Origin: an uncultured Acidobacteriaceae bacterium
GTDB taxonomy: Bacteria; Acidobacteriota; Terriglobia; Bryobacterales; Bryobacteraceae
Length of the DNA stretch: 64,000 nucleotides
Assembly: GCA_963842195.1 (NCBI GenBank)
Contig: CAWJFN010000006.1
Span: 6,320 to 70,319, forward strand
Reading direction: 5' to 3'
Shown: positions 59,316 through 64,000 of the stretch, piece by piece
How positions within the stretch are numbered: the stretch's first letter is position 1
Layout of the letters: the number at the start of each line of letters is the position of its first letter
Position numbers and translations under genes: made by a program
Notes under the pieces: model-generated
Databases searched by the model: none
The model's input: only the letters and a program-made list of their open reading frames with translations
Told to the model about the DNA's origin: nothing

Positions 59316-59391
59316 TGGAGGCGCGGGATCGATTCGAACGACCGTGTGAAGACTTGCGGGTCTTGTGCCTTGCCCTCTTGGCTACCGCGCC
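59316..59391 (-). tRNA. tRNA-Cys-like gene with a non-canonical anticodon loop (GCA embedded in a 6- or 8-nt loop), CCA encoded
   Basis: Reverse complement: GGCGCGGTAGCCAAGAGGGCAAGGCACAAGACCCGCAAGTCTTCACACGGTCGTTCGAATCGATCCCGCGCCTCCA. It has a perfect 7-bp acceptor stem, U73, A14/G18G19/A21 and the TTCGAAT T-loop. The anticodon arm folds as AAGAC-CCGCAA-GTCTT (6-nt loop) or AAGA-CCCGCAAG-TCTT (8-nt loop). Confidence 0.6.
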
Positions 59392-59546
59392 CCTGTGTAT
59401 TTCATTCTCACCGAGGAAGCGTCGTTTGTACAGTGTCATAGGTACTGCAACCACTTAGCCCTTCGATGCGATATGAATACACCCCTGACGTAGTCCCTTC
59501 GGCGCTGCCGTCTGCTCAGCAACCTGTAACTGCCTGTTTCTGTTAG

Positions 59547-59620
59547 TGGGCCCTGTAGGATTCGAACCTACGACCAAAGGATTATGAGTCCTCTGCTCTA
59601 ACCGGCTGAGCTAAGGGCCC
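59547..59620 (-). tRNA. tRNA with CAT anticodon (elongator Met or, more likely, lysidine-type tRNA-Ile2); CCA not encoded
   Basis: Reverse complement: GGGCCCTTAGCTCAGCCGGTTAGAGCAGAGGACTCATAATCCTTTGGTCGTAGGTTCGAATCCTACAGGGCCCA. Canonical cloverleaf with no initiator features. The acceptor (C4,C5) and variable region resemble E. coli ileX. Confidence 0.9.
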
Positions 59621-59695
59621 GCGTACTGAGGTGGGCTCCTCCCGATTGTACCGTTCGCATCGGCTTGAACCGGCCCTGTCGCGATAATCGAGGTA

Positions 59696-61363
59696 ATGGC
59701 ACTTCACTCCACCGAGACCGGCGCGCCAAGCCTGCACTCGCGGCTTCGCTACACACCACAGCCGCTGCGCTTCGGTACCAGCGGCCGGCGCGGCGAGCTG
59801 ATCCATTTAACCCAGCTCGAGATCTACATCAACGCGCTTGCCGAGATCCGATACCTTCAGCAGTTGCCGTTCGAAGAAGGGGGCGTCCGCCCAGGCGAGC
59901 CATTCTTCTTCGGCTACGACCTCCGGCCAAGCTCCACATCCTTCGATCCGGCGCAGCAGGGCCGGGGTGAAATTGCGCAGGCCATCGAGCGCGCCATCCA
60001 CAACGCCGGCATGCTCCCCGTCAACCTCGGAGCCCTCCCCACGCCGGCCCTCACCTACTACGCTCTCACCCAGCGTAAAGGCAGCATCATGATCACCGGC
60101 AGCCACATTCCTTTCGATCGCAATGGGTACAAGCTGAACACGTCTCGCGGCGAGTTGCTGAAAGAGCATGAAACGCCAATTAATAACGCCGTCGCGCACG
60201 TCCGCCATGCCGAGTATGAGAAGCCATACAGCGATTCTCTATTCAATGAGGACGGCATGTTCAAAGAGCGGCACATTGAGCTATCGCGTCCGCTACCGGA
60301 TGGCGAGCTCGCATACATCAATCGATACCGCGAGTTTTTCGCCGGCCGCTCTCTGCGCGGTAAGCGCATCGCCGTTTATCAACACTCCGCTGTCGGGCGC
60401 GATCTGCTGTGCGATCTGCTGCGTGGATTCGACGCTGAGGTGATTCCCGTTGGTAGAAGCGAAACCTTCGTGCCGATCGACACGGAGAATATTGATGCGG
60501 CGCAGCTGGCCACGATTGAGGACCTGACCCCACACGCGCCCGCCCAGTACGGGAGCGTCGATGCAGTTGTCTCGACCGATGGCGACAGTGATCGGCCGCT
60601 CCTTTTAGGCCCGGAGTCTGACAGCGGGAAACTGCGCTTCTTCAGCGGGGATCTCGTAGGCATGATCGTGGCCGACTTTTTAGGCGCAGATGCGGTCGTG
60701 GTCCCCATCAGTTGCAACGACGCCATCGATCGCGGATCGCTCGCTGCTATTTTGCGGCCTAAAACCCGCATCGGTTCCCCGTTCGTAATTGCTGGCATGC
60801 AGGAGGCCAGGCAGGAAGGTAAGCACGTGGTCTGCGGATGGGAAGCAAATGGCGGCTTCCTCACCGGATCCGATATCGAGAAGAATGGTCGCATCCTGAA
60901 AGCATTGCCCACGCGCGATGCCATCCTACCCATCTTGGCGACGCTATTCAAGGCGCAGCAGGAGAAGGCAACTCTATGCGAGATCTTCAGCCGCCTTCCA
61001 CGCAGGTTCAGTCGCGCCGCGCTGATCAGAAACTTCCCGCGCGAGATCGGATTGCGCATCGTTCAGCGCTTCTCGCCTCGTCCTTCAGGCGCTTCGAATA
61101 CGAATGAGATAGCATCGGCACTCAAAACGTTCTTCACACCAGAACAGGGATTTGCCGATATTGCCAGTCTGAACTATACCGACGGTGTGCGCATCCTGTT
61201 CAGCAACGGAGAAGTCGCGCACGTTCGGCCTTCAGGAAATGCGGACGAATTGAGGATTTACGCGGTTGCAGATTCTCCAGAGCGTGCCGATGCCATCACC
61301 GCAGTCGCAGTCAAAGAACCCGATGGGATTCTGCGCCGGATGCAGCGTGCGGTTTCAGAATAA
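59696..61363 (+). CDS. alpha-D-phosphohexomutase family protein (phosphoglucomutase/phosphomannomutase-like)
   Basis: Active-site Ser loop ITGSHIPFDRNG, metal loop DGDSDRP, sugar loop GWEANGG, phosphate loop RPSGNADELRIY. Confidence 0.8.
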   Translation: MALHSTETGAPSLHSRLRYTPQPLRFGTSGRRGELIHLTQLEIYINALAEIRYLQQLPFEEGGVRPGEPFFFGYDLRPSSTSFDPAQQGRGEIAQAIERAIHNAGMLPVNLGALPTPALTYYALTQRKGSIMITGSHIPFDRNGYKLNTSRGELLKEHETPINNAVAHVRHAEYEKPYSDSLFNEDGMFKERHIELSRPLPDGELAYINRYREFFAGRSLRGKRIAVYQHSAVGRDLLCDLLRGFDAEVIPVGRSETFVPIDTENIDAAQLATIEDLTPHAPAQYGSVDAVVSTDGDSDRPLLLGPESDSGKLRFFSGDLVGMIVADFLGADAVVVPISCNDAIDRGSLAAILRPKTRIGSPFVIAGMQEARQEGKHVVCGWEANGGFLTGSDIEKNGRILKALPTRDAILPILATLFKAQQEKATLCEIFSRLPRRFSRAALIRNFPREIGLRIVQRFSPRPSGASNTNEIASALKTFFTPEQGFADIASLNYTDGVRILFSNGEVAHVRPSGNADELRIYAVADSPERADAITAVAVKEPDGILRRMQRAVSE

Positions 61364-61954
61364 ATGTCCTAATTTTTCCCGCTTCGTCTTCAGATACTCC
61401 GCTGTAGTGTCGAGCGGGGGAACGATAATCGGCGCCCGCTCCACCACCCGAATGCCGGCGTTCTCGAGCGCTGCCACCTTTTCCGGATTGTTGGAAAGCA
61501 GGCGAACATGCGTGATGCCGAAGAACTGCAGAATCGCCGCCGGAAGTGCGTAGTCACGCAGGTCGGCTTCAAAACCGAGCCGTTCGTTCGCCTCGACGGT
61601 ATCGAGCCCTTCATCCTGCAGTTCATACGCTCGCAGCTTGTTCAACAGCCCGATGCCTCGGCCTTCCTGATGCTCATAGATCAGCAAGCCGCGCCCTTCG
61701 GCCACAATCTGATCTAACGCGAGCTCCAACTGTGAACGGCAGTCGCAGCGCAGGCTATGGAAGACGTCGCCGGTCAGGCATTGCGAATGGATGCGCACCA
61801 ACACAGCTCCCCCGCGTGGCGAAAGATCTCCGATCTTAAGCGCCAGAGCCTCTTCCGTTCCGCTTGCACGAACACCTTCGAATCCGTAGATTCTAAATTG
61901 TCCAAAGCGGCTCGGAAAATCGGCCTCCGCTACTTTGTTCAGCGTGAAATCCAA
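61355..61954 (-). CDS. ribA: GTP cyclohydrolase II
   Basis: RIHSQCLTGDVFHSLRCDCRSQL, YEHQEGRGIGLLNKLRAYELQDEGLDTVEAN...DLRDY. Convergent 9-nt overlap with the phosphohexomutase gene. Confidence 0.9.
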   Translation of the reverse strand: MDFTLNKVAEADFPSRFGQFRIYGFEGVRASGTEEALALKIGDLSPRGGAVLVRIHSQCLTGDVFHSLRCDCRSQLELALDQIVAEGRGLLIYEHQEGRGIGLLNKLRAYELQDEGLDTVEANERLGFEADLRDYALPAAILQFFGITHVRLLSNNPEKVAALENAGIRVVERAPIIVPPLDTTAEYLKTKREKLGHLF

Positions 61955-62040
61955 ATCTGTCCTATGTATGTCGGATGTTCAGGCGAGAATAAAGGATGCG
62001 CATCCGAAGGTAGACACTATTATAGGAGCCGCATGAGTCG

Positions 62041-63405
62041 ATGCTCGATCAACAGCAATTAGCCGCACTCCTGATCAAAGTTGCGGTAGCGGCTTCGATC
62101 GCAAGCATTCTCATGCGCTTTGCGCGCATGCAACGAATTTTGTTGCGCGATGACCGCACCATCACGGATCGGTTGCTGTTGGCCTTCATTTTTTCTATCA
62201 TCTTCGGCTCTACGGCAGGTCTTCGCATTCTCAGCCATCAATACCAGGCAGTTGATCTGGCAATGGAAGGCGCCATCATCGCCGGAATGCTGGGCGGTTA
62301 CGTCAGCGGATTGATAACCGGAATCTGCGTTTCTCTTGCCGATATGTTCACCGGTAAATTCATGTCGATGCCCCTGTTTGCCGCGGCCGGCCTCATCGGC
62401 GCATTGATGCATGACCTGGCGCCCGAGAAAGAAGATATCTGGTATTTCTCACCATTCATCGATTTGAATTTGTACCGCTTATTGCGGCAGATTGTCCTCT
62501 TGAAACGGCGTGCCATTGAACGCCGGGTCATTGAGCGTGCGGCCTTCAACGTTACTTGCAACGCATTGGTCGTGGTAGCTGAACTTTTTCGGTGGGGTGT
62601 CCACCGTATGTTCCCCGTTCACAGTACGTTTTTCCTTTTGCATGACGCCCGGCTAAACTCATGGGTTTTCATCGAAGCTGCCGCGACGACACTCTTTGCC
62701 GTATCGCTGCCGATTCGCGTTTGGAGCAGTTTCCGCGCCGAGCGGCAGCTCGAATTGCAGCGTGTCCGTCTTACCGAGGCCAGACTTGCCGCACTTACAA
62801 ACCAGATCAACCCTCATTTTCTCTTCAACACTCTCAACTCGCTTTCAACTCTGATTCGCATTGACCCCGACCGCGCGCGCAGCATGGTTTATAAGTTGTC
62901 GAGCATCCTGCGGCGACTGCTTCGAAAGACCGATAACTTCTCCGCCTTACGCGAAGAAATCTCCTTTATCGATGACTACATGGGCATTGAAATGGTCCGA
63001 TTTGGAGACAAGCTTCGCTTCTACAAGGAAATCGAGGAAGGCGCGCTTGACCGGCTCGTACCCAGCATGATTTTGCAGCCGATCATTGAAAATTCGATCA
63101 AACACGGACTGGCGAGCAAAATTGAGGGTGGAATGATTCGCCTCCGCGTCTGGCTTGAAGGAACCCGGCTACACATTTTGATTGAGGATGATGGGGTTGG
63201 AATACCGGACTCGAAGCTCGGCAGTTTATTCGAACAGGGAATTGGCGTCAGCAACGTGAATGAGCGTTTGCGGGTGCTCTTCGGGTCCACCTATCGGATG
63301 TCAATCGACAGCCAGCCGGGCGCAGGCACTCGCACGTCGATTGAAGTTCCGGAGATTGAAAGTTATTCGCCCGCTGCTGCTGCTGCCACCCAGGTCTCGG
63401 CCTGA
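62041..63405 (+). CDS. LytS/YehU-type sensor histidine kinase (5TM-LYT + His_kinase + HATPase_c)
   Basis: N-terminal multi-TM sensor, NQINPHFLFNTLNSLSTLI H-box, ILQPIIENSIKHG, IEDDGVGI, GIGVSNVNERL. Confidence 0.85.
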   Translation: MLDQQQLAALLIKVAVAASIASILMRFARMQRILLRDDRTITDRLLLAFIFSIIFGSTAGLRILSHQYQAVDLAMEGAIIAGMLGGYVSGLITGICVSLADMFTGKFMSMPLFAAAGLIGALMHDLAPEKEDIWYFSPFIDLNLYRLLRQIVLLKRRAIERRVIERAAFNVTCNALVVVAELFRWGVHRMFPVHSTFFLLHDARLNSWVFIEAAATTLFAVSLPIRVWSSFRAERQLELQRVRLTEARLAALTNQINPHFLFNTLNSLSTLIRIDPDRARSMVYKLSSILRRLLRKTDNFSALREEISFIDDYMGIEMVRFGDKLRFYKEIEEGALDRLVPSMILQPIIENSIKHGLASKIEGGMIRLRVWLEGTRLHILIEDDGVGIPDSKLGSLFEQGIGVSNVNERLRVLFGSTYRMSIDSQPGAGTRTSIEVPEIESYSPAAAAATQVSA

Positions 63406-63492
63406 AAACTCTGGCTCCCGTCGTGGCGCGCCTGGCATTTGAACATTTAGCTTGTACTACTACACCTCAGTTTCTTTGTGGCAGAGAAAGAT

Positions 63493-64000
63493 TCACGCGG
63501 CTAAAGTCGTAAGTTGTTGAGTAGTGATACGTTGTGCCGAGAGGACGGCATTGAGAAGGAGCCGGCCGTGGCTGGTGAGCTGATAGCGATGCGTGTGAGC
63601 CAGCTTTTGAAGAATGCCGTGGGCACGGAGCATTCTTAGCTTCCGGCTGATGGCGGCAGAACGGCGTCGGCGTTCCTGTTGGGTTATCGGTTGTCCGCTG
63701 TAGAGCAGGGCCTGGAGGTCGCGGTTTCGCAATCCGTTGATGGCGAACTCGCCGTGATTAATGGCTTGCAGGAGCGCTAGGTCCGCAGGCTCGAAGGGAT
63801 GCAGAGCGCGCACGGGCTGACCGTTCCAGCGGACTCGCTTTTCAACGGACGCCGTGAGCTCGCGCAAAGTACTCGTATCGTCTACCTTGGCCAGAGCGTT
63901 GCAGTAGCGGTCGAGAGCTTTTTGGGAAACTTCCGCACGGCGATAGAGGTCGGCAATTCCTGCGCGCAACTGTTGCCATTCGAGCGGGCCCTCCTCCTGC
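63493..64000 (-). CDS. hypothetical protein, C-terminal part only (frame stays open to the window edge); winged-helix-like tail, possibly mobile-element associated
   Basis: The frame is open from 64000 down to the TGA at 63493-95. C-terminus ...FAINGLRNRDLQALLYSG...ISRKLRMLRAHGILQKLAHTHRYQLTSHGR. No family confidently recognised. Confidence 0.35.
   Translation of the reverse strand, partial: QEEGPLEWQQLRAGIADLYRRAEVSQKALDRYCNALAKVDDTSTLRELTASVEKRVRWNGQPVRALHPFEPADLALLQAINHGEFAINGLRNRDLQALLYSGQPITQQERRRRSAAISRKLRMLRAHGILQKLAHTHRYQLTSHGRLLLNAVLSAQRITTQQLTTLAA

Overview
The window looks like a chromosomal segment from an Acidobacteriota-type genome. This is inferred from a duplicated orphan MacB/FtsX permease, a CarboxypepD_reg-type TonB receptor, and secreted S53 and G1 acid peptidases.

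Layout:
- 0-27 kb: housekeeping and envelope genes. These are the tail of a Ni/Co ECF transporter (PDGLE fragment, cbiQ, cbiO) plus a TonB-dependent-receptor-like gene, hfq-hflX, a CDF transporter, PolX, an S53 sedolisin, a SIMPL protein, an AsmA-like protein, galM, fabF-acpP and a TonB protein.
- 14.8-19.7 kb: three adjacent genes are disrupted by frameshifts (a TPR protein, a ~1130 aa TonB-dependent receptor, and the 5' end of a multiheme cytochrome).
- 27.96-48.80 kb: an uninterrupted str-S10-spc-alpha cluster of 35 genes from rpsL to rplQ, including fusA, tuf, secY, adk, map, infA, rpmJ and rpoA, closed by a clean terminator.
- 48.9-59.6 kb: accessory genes. These are GH39, a G1 glutamic peptidase, and two paralogous triple-repeat secreted proteins bracketing a HEAT protein, a B12-radical-SAM enzyme and a PAS kinase, followed by two tRNA genes.
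- 59.7-64.0 kb: phosphohexomutase, ribA, a LytS-type kinase and a partial gene at the window edge.

Most notable non-coding signals:
- Six covarying GNRA-capped hairpin repeats around rpsD.
- A palindromic GCGCACA...TGTGCGC element family inserted in ribosomal-operon spacers.
- A 599 nt ORF-free leader before rpsL.
- A tRNA-Cys-like gene with a non-canonical anticodon loop.

All calls rest on reading the sequence and ORF translations by eye. No database search was run.
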